IMG/VR virus record: IMGVR_UViG_3300030376_003736
Coordinates: 1 to 48,414 of that record
Source: a virus
Lineage: Duplodnaviria; Caudoviricetes
Length of the DNA: 48,414 nucleotides
Direction: 5' to 3' (one strand)
Part shown: positions 34,982 to 45,447 of the stretch, one piece after another
Position numbering within the stretch: position 1 is the stretch's first letter
Layout: each line of letters starts with the position of its first letter
Program-made: the position numbers and the translations under genes
Notes under the pieces: generated by a model
The model's input: the letters and a program-made list of their open reading frames with translations, nothing else
Database searches by the model: none
What the model was told of the DNA's origin: nothing

Positions 34982-35689
34982 ATGAAGCATAAGATACTGT
35001 ACGAATCTCCGTACGAGTATGGTGTGTTCTCTAGCGAAGACCGACGTAGTGGTCGATTCTATGATTGCAATGGACAGAAACTTCCCTCTGTTACTACTAT
35101 ATTATCCGGGACTAAAGAAGGAGACTTCTTAAAGAAATGGATTGATAAAGTAGGTGAGGAGGAAGCGGAGCGTATCAGAACAGAAGCTGCGACTAGGGGA
35201 ACCTACATGCACGACATTCTAGAGAAGCAACTTGTCAACGGTGACATTTGGGATTTCAAACCCAGAAACGCTGAGGAAAAGAGAGCATATAAAATGGCCT
35301 GTACGATCATGGACCAAGGGTTGCCCAATGTTTCTCAAGTATATGGATGTGAAGTATCACTCTACTATCCTGACAAATACGCTGGCAAGACGGACGTTAT
35401 TGGTATTCATGACGGAGATCTATCTATTATGGATTTCAAACAAACCAATAAACCTAAACGTAGGCAATGGGTTTGGGATTACTTCCAACAGTTAGCTGCT
35501 TATTCATTAGCTCACAACGAACTGTATGGCACAGACATACAGAAAGGAGTAATCATGATGTGTTCAGTTGATTGCTTATACCAAGAGTTTATCCTTGAAG
35601 GAGATGAATTTAAGAGAGCTGCTGATGCTTGGCTAGAGCGTGTAGAAAGGTTTAGTCTTCCAACGGAGGAAGAGAAGGATACGCAGTAA
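34982..35689 (+). CDS. PD-(D/E)XK exonuclease
   Basis: LPSVTTIL, RGTYMH, EVSLY...YAGKTD...IMDFK, QLAAY. Confidence 0.88.
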   Translation: MKHKILYESPYEYGVFSSEDRRSGRFYDCNGQKLPSVTTILSGTKEGDFLKKWIDKVGEEEAERIRTEAATRGTYMHDILEKQLVNGDIWDFKPRNAEEKRAYKMACTIMDQGLPNVSQVYGCEVSLYYPDKYAGKTDVIGIHDGDLSIMDFKQTNKPKRRQWVWDYFQQLAAYSLAHNELYGTDIQKGVIMMCSVDCLYQEFILEGDEFKRAADAWLERVERFSLPTEEEKDTQ

Positions 35690-38600
35690 GATTATAATCT
35701 TTATTCCTTAATTCAAAATGTTTATTTCTTAACTCAATAGTAGGCCATGTTCTAGTAATGGCAGCAGGGTCTAAACCTTGCTCTCTTTGTTTTTGTTGAA
35801 GCTTTTTCTTTGTTTCATTAAATCCTTTTTTAATATACGCAGGTGGTTTCCAAGGAGTAAAAATACCTTTTTTAATTTTTAAGAAAAATTGAGGGTCTAC
35901 GCCCGGAACTTCTTTTAATCTTTTTAGTTGTTCCCTCAACACCTTATCAGACATTCCGACTTTTTTAAAAGACTGTATATCAAAGTACAAAGCTTGTTGT
36001 GCTCTAAACCATATTTCTTGTGCGTCTCTCCACTCACTTAAAATATCTTCGTCCGTAAGCTTTTCACCTGTATAGGCTAAGTTCTGCATATTTTTTTCAA
36101 TATTATTTTCTAGTAACCTTTTATATGCGTTAATTTTAAAACCAAAACTTGTAGCAGCGTCCATCTCTGTAGTTGCTATACCCATTAATTTTGCAAAGGC
36201 TAATTGAACTTCTTTATCCCTTAGATATTTATCGTATCTATCTTCTCCTTCTTGAAGAGATTTATATACGTCCCTAAATTGAGAAACCGCGCCAGGAGCA
36301 GCGTTATTTATTACATGGTCAAACATGCTTTCAACTATGTCGCCCCAATTGTCTTCTGGATTGTAGATAGCTTTATTGGTGTCGAAATCTAAATTCATAG
36401 CCAATTCCGCCTGCACTCTAGAAGATATAGCTGCGTCTGTGTAGGAAGAAGTGTAGTCTATCATCCATTCAACTAATCCTTGTGCCACGCTAGTAGGAAT
36501 TGCTTGACCTCCATATTCTCCTTCATGTATAGATCTAAATACACTTTCTGCAATTGAAGCATATCCTTCGTAGGGTAAGATATAATCTAAGTTAATAAAA
36601 TCCCCTTTCCCATCTTTGATTTCTGATAATGGCATCAATCTACTATTTTTTGCATATTCTGGCTGAGTTGCTCTGACCGCTTCTAAATCTTCATCTTCTA
36701 CGTCAAATAAGAATTGACCTAGTGCTTGTAAAGTTGCCCCCAATCCATAAACTGCTGCTCCACCTAAAGCAACTCTAGTTAACCCTCCTGCAATAAAAGG
36801 TGTTGCCCCTGTAGGAGGTCCAAGAATTTCGCTTCCATCTTCTTGTTTTATCAACGGACGATTGGGAAGAATAGATCCTTCAGACATAACTTCATCTGGG
36901 ATCTTAAACGTCATTTGTTTATACGCTATTTGTGGAAGAGTGCCTACAGAAGTTCTCATTATCTCTGTTGGGAAAGCTATGAAGTTTCCGAATGGAATTT
37001 GTCTAATTACTTGTGCAAATTTACCTACGTAATCATAATTAGGCATTCCCATACGCACATGATAAGCGGCCACTTCATCTATGTATTCATCTAGATCTGT
37101 TGTCCTTATTACCTTTGCTAAATTAGACTTATAGTCAGTTCCTATTCTTGTAGTTAATGTCTCAGCGTACGCTCTTAAAACTTTTAACTTAATATCGTCG
37201 GTTACATTGTCGCCTTCAATAGAATCAATCATTTTTCTTAAACGCATTCTATCTGCACTAAAAGCAGCCATTTTCCAAAAATCATCCGTAGCAGCGTAAG
37301 TAGCTTGTGCTCCTCTTAAAACACTTCCAACTGTTTTGTCCACGACTTTCCCCGGAGGAGTTTGTTTAAGTGTTTGTAATGCGTGACTCATTCTTCCTAC
37401 AGTGCTGGAAGATCTTGAAGAAATTCTAGCAAATAAATCTGCCGCATCATTTAATCGTACACTTGTATTAACTATCCCAAGGTCTTGCATACGCTTGTAG
37501 TTTCTTTGTGCCTCTCTACCTTCTACTGTAAGCTCTCCATTTTCATAAGAAAGATTTCCAAACAAATTATGTTTTATATTTTTAAGGGCTGTGTCTAAAC
37601 CGTTGTTACCAGCATATCCATTAGCCATAAACATTATTGCTCCACCAATAAAATTCCTTGCTTGTGTGGCGGGGCTTAAAATAATTATTCCCATTTGCGT
37701 TAAAGCTTTTGGTAATAAAAAAGCTGCGTCGTAAATAGAAAAAGTTAAATCTCTAGCACTATTAGGAGTTTCTATTTCTTCACCAATCGCTTCTGCAATT
37801 TGTTTAGTAGTAAACATACCAGACAAAGGATTAAAATCATTTTCTGCTATAGGAACACTGTATTGACCCATAGGTTCTGGGGTAAAAAATATTTCTCCAG
37901 GGCGTTGATTAATTTGATTTAAATCGTTAAAAAACTCAGCTTGTTCCACTAATCTACTTAAACGTTGTAAGGAAGTTGAAGCGACTAAAGCTGGATCATC
38001 TATTTCTCCCATTAATTTTCTTATTGGGTAAGGAATAACTCCTCTAGACTGAAGTAACTTGCTAGGAACATCTAAATCTACTCTGTTTTCTGTACTTTGA
38101 AAAATAGCAGGCAGCCTTGCAAAATCTCTAGATGACTCCATTTGTTCTAATTTTAAAATACGGTCAATTGTTTGTTTGGCCTTTGCTTCAGTATAGTTAG
38201 GTCTATCCTTATTTATAGACATTAAAGATGTAATTGCTCTATCGTACCAATTTTGTGCTTCTTTACTTCGTAACCAATCTTTACTGAACTTAGGGTTCCA
38301 ACCAAGCCCCGGTTCAAATATAGCAAAGGATCTAGTAACGTATCTATTTATCCCTTCTTGAATGGTAACTTTTTCTTCGTCGGTTAGATTAGGTAAATCT
38401 AAAATACGTTTTGATAAAGAATCTATAGATTCTCTTATTCGGATCATAGGTTTTCTAATACTTTTTGGAAGTTGTTCTGCTGCTACTGCCGTTTTTTGTA
38501 TGCCCGATAAAGCACGTGTATATTCATCTATATCTTCTTGAACTGATTTTTGTCCTTCTTCAGTGTTTTCAAGGAGAAGGTCTTGTTCTAATCTAGCTAT

Positions 38601-40856
38601 TTCTTTTCCGTAAGCAGCTTTTTGTTCTTCATTTAATTTAATTCTAGCGCCTGTATTTCTCAAAAAAGCCATGGCTAATCTGTCCACGTCCGCTCTTAGA
38701 TCTTTAGGCATGACCCCTATTTTTGCTTGAGCCTTTTCCAATAGAGTTGTCGGTTCTGCATCTAGCTCACCATTTTTATACGCAGCCACAACCGCTTCTT
38801 CATACTCTCTAGCTATATCTTTAGCATTTTCATTTAAAACTTTTTGTCTACTTATATTTCTTCGCTGTCTTCTACCAACCTCTAGTCCCGCTTCTCCATA
38901 AGGTCTATACCATGTGTTGGCTACTCTAGCGATCTTATCAATTGGTCTATCGCCAAATTGAGGTAAAGTGCCTATAGGTAGTTCTAGGCTACGTAACTCT
39001 CCCTCGTAAACAGCTAAAAAACTGGCTAAGGATTGATGATGTGGAGGAAGATCAGTTACAAACTCTTTTGCTTTTGGGTTAAGTTGATTAGGAGAAAGCA
39101 TTAATGCGCCACTGGCAGCTCCAAAAGGATCTCCTTCTGCTGTTAAAGGATTAATGGCCTCTATTCTTTCAAAACTAACTCCGAACGTTTTACCGTTTTC
39201 ATCCGTCATTTCTACTACAGCAGATATAGCATTGCCGTCATCTTCAATTTCTCTTCTAAATTTATTTGCGTCTTCTTGCCCTTTTGGGATTTCTACGTAG
39301 TCACTCTTATCGGTAAACTCACTAGCAGTTTTCTGTTGTTGCAACCTAAAACTTAATGTTCTGTCTGTAATTATTTGGGCTAATTCTCTTGCGGATAAAA
39401 AATCTGCTTGTCTTTTTAAAACATCAAAATAACCAACAGCAATATCTCTAAGATCTTGTGGGGTGTATTTATTAGTTAATTCAGTAATGTAATCGTTATA
39501 CTCGTTTGGATCAAACTGATACGGAAGACCTAACTCACCCATTCTTGCTCTAATCGCTGCATTGGCAAGAGCTTCTCTATCTTCTTTGTAGTCATTTTCA
39601 GCACTAGATCTAGGATCAAATGCCCAAGGTCCCTGTCTTGTTGCCCATTCTGTATATTGATCTACCCCTATATTTTCGTCGATGTAATCCGCCAATTCTA
39701 TTGGAGTCATAGCATTAAATCTTTTTGTTTCTTGAGCCCTAACTGTAGGTTCTCTCAACGGAGCCAATAGATCTTTGTCTGTTTCTTCTCTTATAAACTC
39801 CCTTTGTACTTGTTCTCTAATAAAACCTTTTAGCTTGCCCTCTACATTTTCTCTACTTTCTCCCGGAGCAATTTCGGTTTTAAAACCTAAGTCTTCTATA
39901 ACTTTAGGTATGTCTGTTAGTTCTAACTTAGAAGGATTAATTTCATCAAAACGTCTTTGTGTTTCTGCTTCTACTTTTTCATCAAACTCATCTACAGCCG
40001 TGACTCTGGGTTCTTTAGCCTTAACAACTTTAGCTACAACCCCTGCTGTTGCTTGAACGCCCCCAGCAGAGGTTCCTCCAATTAGTCCTGCCCCACCAGC
40101 TTGTTTTGCAACATCTCTTGGCTTACCTACTCCTTCTTCTGTGTCTACGCCTGAGGCTACCTCTTGTATAACTTCTTGCGTAGCTTCCGTGCCCATTTCT
40201 CTTGTAGCAGCTTTTATGGTAGATTTCGCCAATTCTCTATTTAACGTACCAACCTGTTTAATACCTATAGCATTTAATAGACCAGATACTCCCGCGCCAG
40301 CTGCTGCGATTGTCCAATCTTCCCATGTAGGTTCTTGCCCCTCTCTACCATCTCTACGCAACCTTTCTTGAATAATTGGGCCTAGTTGCTGTATGGCTTC
40401 AAATATGGCCGGTCCAGCAAGACCTCCGACTACTGCGCCAGTCGCAGCTCCAGCAGGTCCACTACTCATGGCACCTAATGTTCCTCCAATGCCTATGCCA
40501 GCTACTCTTGAAGTTATAGATCCCACTAATTGCCCAGCTTGTTCTACTAAAGCAAGACCAAAATTATCCCATTCAAAATCTAAAAGCTCGTCGCTTTGAG
40601 TATTGATGAATTTAGCCGTGGAAGATTCGTAGTTTTCAGGGGCTTCAGTTATTTCTCTCAACCACTCACCTACGTCTTTAGCTCCTAGTGTTTCTAGGGT
40701 AATTCCGATATTTTCTAAGGGTTGATCTACAGCGTATTGAAACGCTTCACTTACAGTGTTTTTATCTTCTTCTTGTTGTGGAGTAGCTACTGCAACAGAA
40801 GGCTGTCCAGTTACTTGTTGGCTAGTCTGTTCAAGAATTTCATCAAGAGTTGGCAT
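35652..40856 (-). CDS. Large internal virion (DNA ejection-type) protein
   Basis: 1734 aa, last gene of the structural block, largely helical, Gly/Ala-rich N-terminal segments, SPATQARNFIG and PFGNFIAFPTE motifs. Confidence 0.7.
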   Translation of the reverse strand: MPTLDEILEQTSQQVTGQPSVAVATPQQEEDKNTVSEAFQYAVDQPLENIGITLETLGAKDVGEWLREITEAPENYESSTAKFINTQSDELLDFEWDNFGLALVEQAGQLVGSITSRVAGIGIGGTLGAMSSGPAGAATGAVVGGLAGPAIFEAIQQLGPIIQERLRRDGREGQEPTWEDWTIAAAGAGVSGLLNAIGIKQVGTLNRELAKSTIKAATREMGTEATQEVIQEVASGVDTEEGVGKPRDVAKQAGGAGLIGGTSAGGVQATAGVVAKVVKAKEPRVTAVDEFDEKVEAETQRRFDEINPSKLELTDIPKVIEDLGFKTEIAPGESRENVEGKLKGFIREQVQREFIREETDKDLLAPLREPTVRAQETKRFNAMTPIELADYIDENIGVDQYTEWATRQGPWAFDPRSSAENDYKEDREALANAAIRARMGELGLPYQFDPNEYNDYITELTNKYTPQDLRDIAVGYFDVLKRQADFLSARELAQIITDRTLSFRLQQQKTASEFTDKSDYVEIPKGQEDANKFRREIEDDGNAISAVVEMTDENGKTFGVSFERIEAINPLTAEGDPFGAASGALMLSPNQLNPKAKEFVTDLPPHHQSLASFLAVYEGELRSLELPIGTLPQFGDRPIDKIARVANTWYRPYGEAGLEVGRRQRRNISRQKVLNENAKDIAREYEEAVVAAYKNGELDAEPTTLLEKAQAKIGVMPKDLRADVDRLAMAFLRNTGARIKLNEEQKAAYGKEIARLEQDLLLENTEEGQKSVQEDIDEYTRALSGIQKTAVAAEQLPKSIRKPMIRIRESIDSLSKRILDLPNLTDEEKVTIQEGINRYVTRSFAIFEPGLGWNPKFSKDWLRSKEAQNWYDRAITSLMSINKDRPNYTEAKAKQTIDRILKLEQMESSRDFARLPAIFQSTENRVDLDVPSKLLQSRGVIPYPIRKLMGEIDDPALVASTSLQRLSRLVEQAEFFNDLNQINQRPGEIFFTPEPMGQYSVPIAENDFNPLSGMFTTKQIAEAIGEEIETPNSARDLTFSIYDAAFLLPKALTQMGIIILSPATQARNFIGGAIMFMANGYAGNNGLDTALKNIKHNLFGNLSYENGELTVEGREAQRNYKRMQDLGIVNTSVRLNDAADLFARISSRSSSTVGRMSHALQTLKQTPPGKVVDKTVGSVLRGAQATYAATDDFWKMAAFSADRMRLRKMIDSIEGDNVTDDIKLKVLRAYAETLTTRIGTDYKSNLAKVIRTTDLDEYIDEVAAYHVRMGMPNYDYVGKFAQVIRQIPFGNFIAFPTEIMRTSVGTLPQIAYKQMTFKIPDEVMSEGSILPNRPLIKQEDGSEILGPPTGATPFIAGGLTRVALGGAAVYGLGATLQALGQFLFDVEDEDLEAVRATQPEYAKNSRLMPLSEIKDGKGDFINLDYILPYEGYASIAESVFRSIHEGEYGGQAIPTSVAQGLVEWMIDYTSSYTDAAISSRVQAELAMNLDFDTNKAIYNPEDNWGDIVESMFDHVINNAAPGAVSQFRDVYKSLQEGEDRYDKYLRDKEVQLAFAKLMGIATTEMDAATSFGFKINAYKRLLENNIEKNMQNLAYTGEKLTDEDILSEWRDAQEIWFRAQQALYFDIQSFKKVGMSDKVLREQLKRLKEVPGVDPQFFLKIKKGIFTPWKPPAYIKKGFNETKKKLQQKQREQGLDPAAITRTWPTIELRNKHFELRNKDYNLTAYPSLPPLED

Positions 40857-40862
40857 AACATT

Positions 40863-42128
40863 TTATGTTCCTACAGCAAGTCTCCATTTTTGAACAATCT
40901 CTTCTAATTTTTCTTGAGTTCTTTCATTCTGTGGAATTTTATTTAAAGCTGCTCTATAGAACTGAGGCCACGTTACATCCCCTGCGTCCTCCGTGGTCAG
41001 TGTTTGATGAAATATTGGTCCTGAAGACATAGGAGGTAACGCTCCGTTTGCAGCCAAAGCCGCAATAGCTGCATCGGCAGGGTTCTCAGATACCTCTTGA
41101 AAAGCTGTAACCAATTTATTGTACGTAGCAGTAGTATCCATATCCGCTGGCTTTTCGCCAAGAATCATTCTGTTTAATGTGTCAGCAGGAAGATTAAACC
41201 TTCCTGATGTACTTGTGCCTGATCTAAGTGCAGCTCTTTCAGCAGCTATTTCATCTGCAAGCATTTTGTCTGTAGCTTCTGCTTTACCTGCACGTTGCGC
41301 TAACAATTTACCTATAAGTCCACCAGTGCCACCTTCTTTAGTTTTATACTTAAACGCAGCAGCTTTTCCTAACTCATCAGCTAAACCTTTTCTGTCACTT
41401 AACAATTTATCTAGTCTAGAAGTATTCGTTTGCGGAGTGTTTCTTTTACTGGCTTGTTCAGCAATAGCTGCGAATAAGTATGCTTCTTTTTGTTCTTTTG
41501 ACATTCCTGTCCAAATTTCTATAGGAACTTGTATGCCATATTTAGCTAAGTCTGTTTCAGTTTGAATTTTTTCTACGACACCTCCGTCTTGCATTTCAGG
41601 GATTGAGTCGATCTGCATAATCTCATCAATAAATTCTGACGTTAAAAGTTTATCGGCAGGATCATCCATTTCTACGCCATGCTTAGTTTTTAAATTGTCT
41701 AATTCATTGGTGTAAGTAATGTTCATATTTTTAAGATACTCACCTAAGTTGTCTGTGCCTCCTTGAGCCACGTAAGATCTTATTTCTTCTTTGAAAGTAT
41801 CTTTAAGCATTTCGACTTCTGTTTTGTATTCCCCAGGTCCTTGGTCCTCGGTTATTGTTTCTGTAACCTCTACCGTTTCTTCCATCATCGGAGCAGCACC
41901 GTTAGTGGCTGGCATATCTGGGACCTCTGGATTCGCAACCGTAGCCATCATGTTCAATGCTTCGTTTACGTCTTGGTCACCTTCTTCAAATAAATCCATG
42001 CCTACCATTCCACCAGTCTGCATTCCCGGATAAGGCACGGAGCCTCCTCCCATCATGGGTATTGGATCAAGGCCAGACATAATGCCTTGTTCACGATTTG
42101 AAAATAATTGTCGAGCTTTCCAGTTCAT
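40863..42128 (-). CDS. Putative internal virion protein
   Basis: Position in the block; MMGGGSV, MQTGGMV, MQDGGVV motifs. Confidence 0.55.
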   Translation of the reverse strand: MNWKARQLFSNREQGIMSGLDPIPMMGGGSVPYPGMQTGGMVGMDLFEEGDQDVNEALNMMATVANPEVPDMPATNGAAPMMEETVEVTETITEDQGPGEYKTEVEMLKDTFKEEIRSYVAQGGTDNLGEYLKNMNITYTNELDNLKTKHGVEMDDPADKLLTSEFIDEIMQIDSIPEMQDGGVVEKIQTETDLAKYGIQVPIEIWTGMSKEQKEAYLFAAIAEQASKRNTPQTNTSRLDKLLSDRKGLADELGKAAAFKYKTKEGGTGGLIGKLLAQRAGKAEATDKMLADEIAAERAALRSGTSTSGRFNLPADTLNRMILGEKPADMDTTATYNKLVTAFQEVSENPADAAIAALAANGALPPMSSGPIFHQTLTTEDAGDVTWPQFYRAALNKIPQNERTQEKLEEIVQKWRLAVGT

Positions 42129-43192
42129 TATACTAATCCTAGTAAGCTTAAAATACCGAAAGCATCTTGGTCACTAGGCTGTGATCCAAACGTAGTTGTA
42201 GATCTAGTTGTAGGTAACATACCACTTAACATGCCTTGTAGTCCTGACATACGTGTCCATGGTTCTTGGGCCATTCTGTTAGCAGCGTCAAACTGAGAGC
42301 CGTACATCTGATCTTGTATGCCTCTACCTGTTCTGCCTAATCCTTCCATCGTTCTTATTTGATCTAACAAACCTCGTTGACCTGTCATGCCTAGTTGTCC
42401 AAATTGTTGGCCTAACCCACCAATGCCTCTTCCTAAGTTACCGTACTGACCAGCAACACCAGTTAGTCCTGAACCAAATTGCCCATACTGTCCGCCTAGT
42501 TGTCCTAGTCCTGAACCAAATTGTCCAAGCTGTCCGCCTAGTTGTCCTAATCCTTGGCCTGCTGTCATTGCAGCACCTCTCGCTCCTTCAAATCCTCTTG
42601 AACGCAATCCACCGATACCTTCCATCATGCCTCTACCGAAGGATCTTTCTCTTTCTTGTTCCATTAATCTACCGCGAGATCCTCCAAAAGCACCTGAGCT
42701 TACCGCTCGGTCTCTGTTCGCCATGCTTTGTTGTGCATTGGCTTCTTGCATATCACGCATAGTCTGTTGAACTACATCGTCTTCATAAGGGTTGTAGAAA
42801 GCCCTTGCAGCACCTGGTCTAAAATAGTTGGATGCTTGCCCAGTCATTTGCGTACCTAGTCCGTATAGTCCTGCGCCTTGTCCTGCTAGATTTGCTCCTT
42901 GTCCGTACATGCCTTGTGCTCCAGCAAGAGCCCCTTGTCCTTGACGCGTAACGCCTAGACCTTCTTGCATCATTTGTCCGCCTTGTTGTATGTAAGGAGT
43001 AAACCCACCAAGACCACCAGCTAAACTTCTAGCGTGCATTTCCATTGGGTCTAGTCCTGCTACTTGTTGAACAGGAACAGGCATAGGCTGCTTCGCCATA
43101 CCAAACGCGGATTCCAAGAATCCACGACGCATGGCATCTGCCCACGGCTGTTCAAAACTTGTGGTTGTTGTTGGGTCTAAATAACTTGCCAT
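42128..43192 (-). CDS. Gly/Gln-rich putative ejection/pilot protein
   Basis: FYNPYEDDVV, GAFGGSRG, heptad GQLGGQ/GQFGSG repeats. Confidence 0.65.
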   Translation of the reverse strand: MASYLDPTTTTSFEQPWADAMRRGFLESAFGMAKQPMPVPVQQVAGLDPMEMHARSLAGGLGGFTPYIQQGGQMMQEGLGVTRQGQGALAGAQGMYGQGANLAGQGAGLYGLGTQMTGQASNYFRPGAARAFYNPYEDDVVQQTMRDMQEANAQQSMANRDRAVSSGAFGGSRGRLMEQERERSFGRGMMEGIGGLRSRGFEGARGAAMTAGQGLGQLGGQLGQFGSGLGQLGGQYGQFGSGLTGVAGQYGNLGRGIGGLGQQFGQLGMTGQRGLLDQIRTMEGLGRTGRGIQDQMYGSQFDAANRMAQEPWTRMSGLQGMLSGMLPTTRSTTTFGSQPSDQDAFGILSLLGLV

Positions 43193-44031
43193 TATGCCAT
43201 CCTCTCTGCTTGTTTCATTAATCTATATAAATTCTTTGCTCCGATATTATCGGTAGCTTTTCTTGTCATAACAAATTCACCCGGCTCTAATCTTGCTAGG
43301 GTTATGTCCCCAGGTCCTTGGTCCAAGCTCGCTAATCCACCGTGTTTCATCTCAGGTGGAGGTGCATTTGCATATCCTACGCCTGGCATTAATGCAGGCT
43401 GTAGGTTAAAAATTCTGTAATCAGGCATACTGCCTTGTCCTTGCCCACCTGCTCCAAAACCAGCTTGTCCTATTGGTACTATGCCTGCTGGACTTTCATC
43501 TTGCTTAGATAAATATTTAGCTAATAAGATTTTCCCTAGATCAGAGCTAAGGATGCCACCATCTCCTCCTCCAAGAAGGCCCGTAAGTCCTCCAAGAAGG
43601 CCTCCCGATCCACCGCTTTTCTTACTACTAGAACCGCCTAGAATATTAGAAAGAAGACCTCCGAGACCTTCTCCCCCAGTAAAAGCTTCATTTAATTTAG
43701 GTCCAATCCCCCAACCGAAAATACCTTGGTAGTCGTCTTCTTCTTTTTCACTTCCTTCGTCACCTGTTATTGAATCTAGCCAACTCCAATCATAATCTTC
43801 GCTAAGCATATCAGTGGAACCGGGGTTAAAATCAGGTGTTAAATCATAAACGTCATCGAACAGATAGCTATAATCGGTATCATCGTTAAAGAGATCAGAA
43901 AAATCAAAAGCTCCTATACCTGTATCGGGCATACTAGGTGTTAAATCTGTTACGTCATCGAACAAAGAGCTGTAATCAGCGTCATCCCCTGTTAAAAGAT
44001 CCTCCATCCAACTAAAATCTATATCTGCCAT
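43192..44031 (-). CDS. Putative internal virion protein (start reassigned to 44031)
   Basis: AGGAG RBS; duplicated DYS.LFDDV.DLTP; MKHGGLA; C-terminal DITLARLEPGEFVMT. Confidence 0.6.
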   Translation of the reverse strand: MADIDFSWMEDLLTGDDADYSSLFDDVTDLTPSMPDTGIGAFDFSDLFNDDTDYSYLFDDVYDLTPDFNPGSTDMLSEDYDWSWLDSITGDEGSEKEEDDYQGIFGWGIGPKLNEAFTGGEGLGGLLSNILGGSSSKKSGGSGGLLGGLTGLLGGGDGGILSSDLGKILLAKYLSKQDESPAGIVPIGQAGFGAGGQGQGSMPDYRIFNLQPALMPGVGYANAPPPEMKHGGLASLDQGPGDITLARLEPGEFVMTRKATDNIGAKNLYRLMKQAERMA

Positions 44032-44056
44032 AGTATCTCCTATAATATCTCTTTTT

Positions 44057-44536
44057 CTAGTCCTTGTCTTGCTTGTTAGAAGCGCCAAAGTAGAACGAAA
44101 CTACTGCACTCGTTAAGCCTCCTAAGTAGCCCAGCACCAAAGATACAATTGTGTCTGAATTGGCGTCTGGTGGCATTAGTGTAACAGTAAAGATATATCC
44201 AAGAAAGCCCAATAAAGTAAGGGATCCCAACACTTTTGGTGTCCAATCGCCTGCAAACTTAGTTCTTGCGTCCTGTATATCGGCTGTTTCTAATGCAAAC
44301 AGATCTATATCAAGTTCTTTCATCTTAACTTCAAAGTCTGTTTCTACCTTTTTTAGCTCTGCTAATTGCTCAGGAGTAGCTGTTTCCATTGCTTTTTGTA
44401 TCTTCTTTGGTTCAGGATCACATCCTAATACCTCTGAAATCATGTTTGCAGCCATACCGCCCATAGGACCACCTAAAGCGGTGCCTATAGTTGGGGCTAC
44501 TGTTCCTACTAACGTTTTTAATATACCTAGTTTCAT
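44057..44536 (-). CDS. Holin-like membrane protein
   Basis: VAPTIGTALGGP, ADIQDAR, two C-terminal TM segments ending SFYFGAS; near the lysozyme. Confidence 0.65.
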   Translation of the reverse strand: MKLGILKTLVGTVAPTIGTALGGPMGGMAANMISEVLGCDPEPKKIQKAMETATPEQLAELKKVETDFEVKMKELDIDLFALETADIQDARTKFAGDWTPKVLGSLTLLGFLGYIFTVTLMPPDANSDTIVSLVLGYLGGLTSAVVSFYFGASNKQDKD

Positions 44537-44676
44537 TATGGTCTCCTTGATGATTTTTTATAATTAGACAGTTTGCTCTTTTTCACTTTCTTAATGTCCG
44601 CAGAAGTAATCTTATTACGAGGTTTGGCCACTCTAGCCAATCTCTTTTGCTTCTTAGTGTACTTACTAAACGGCAT
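44536..44676 (-). CDS. Small basic protein (46 aa)
   Basis: Manual translation MPFSKYTKKQKRLARVAKPRNKITSAD...; fills the lysozyme-holin gap with a TAATG overlap. Confidence 0.6.
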   Translation of the reverse strand: MPFSKYTKKQKRLARVAKPRNKITSADIKKVKKSKLSNYKKSSRRP

Positions 44677-44677
44677 A

Positions 44678-45124
44678 TTAATCTCCTTCCAAGACTCTAT
44701 TTCTTAATCTAATGGCCCTATCTCCTACTTGAGATGCCCATTTAGAGTCCAACATCTCAACCGCAGCGGTTTCCCAATCACTTTCTTGCATAGCACCAAT
44801 AAACTTTTTAAATTTACTGAGTCTAGGATAGCCTAAATTAAAGCACATATTAGCTAAAACACGTTGTCTATTGTCTCCTAGTCCTCTCCACCATGGAGCG
44901 TTCCTATCTAACTCAGCGCAAACCGTATCTATGTCGTTATTTAAACACTCTCTAATTCTTTCTTCTGGTATGGGCGTACCGACAGGTTTTCCAAATTCAG
45001 GCTCCTTGTCTAAAATTAAATGTCCCACTCCAAACGTTGCAAAGCCTAAATGATCCTCATAAATCTCATCGATAACGCCTTCGTCTACTTTCAGTTCTTC
45101 TATTAATTTGTTTCTATCCATCAT
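44678..45124 (-). CDS. T4-like lysozyme / endolysin (GH24; start reassigned to 45124)
   Basis: DEG...YEDHLGFATFGVGH catalytic E-D-T pattern, NMCFNLG...LSKFKK, DSKWASQV..RA.RL. Confidence 0.9.
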   Translation of the reverse strand: MMDRNKLIEELKVDEGVIDEIYEDHLGFATFGVGHLILDKEPEFGKPVGTPIPEERIRECLNNDIDTVCAELDRNAPWWRGLGDNRQRVLANMCFNLGYPRLSKFKKFIGAMQESDWETAAVEMLDSKWASQVGDRAIRLRNRVLEGD

Positions 45125-45447
45125 AGTATCTTTATCGTTGTTGCTCCATTTGTTGACACAGATAACTCTCCTAAACCAGTTACTCCTTCTACTCCTCGTT
45201 CTGTTCCTACATATAGATCTACCCACTGCTTACCATTCCATACTTGTAGTTGACTTGTAGAAAGGTTCCAAATTATATCTCCTGCTGTAAATTTATTTTC
45301 ATCTCTTTGTGTTGCATTAACTGATAACGTTGCATCAACATCTACCTTATTTAAATTTAATTCTAATACTCTTACTAAACGATTGAATGTCTCAGAAGAT
45401 AGTTCCCCCATAGCTACAGGCAATCGCGTTTCTAAAATCTTTGCCAT
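45121..45447 (-). CDS. Hypothetical structural-module protein
   Basis: GDIIWNLSTSQLQVWNG beta motif; coupled to both neighbours. Confidence 0.65.
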   Translation of the reverse strand: MAKILETRLPVAMGELSSETFNRLVRVLELNLNKVDVDATLSVNATQRDENKFTAGDIIWNLSTSQLQVWNGKQWVDLYVGTERGVEGVTGLGELSVSTNGATTIKIL

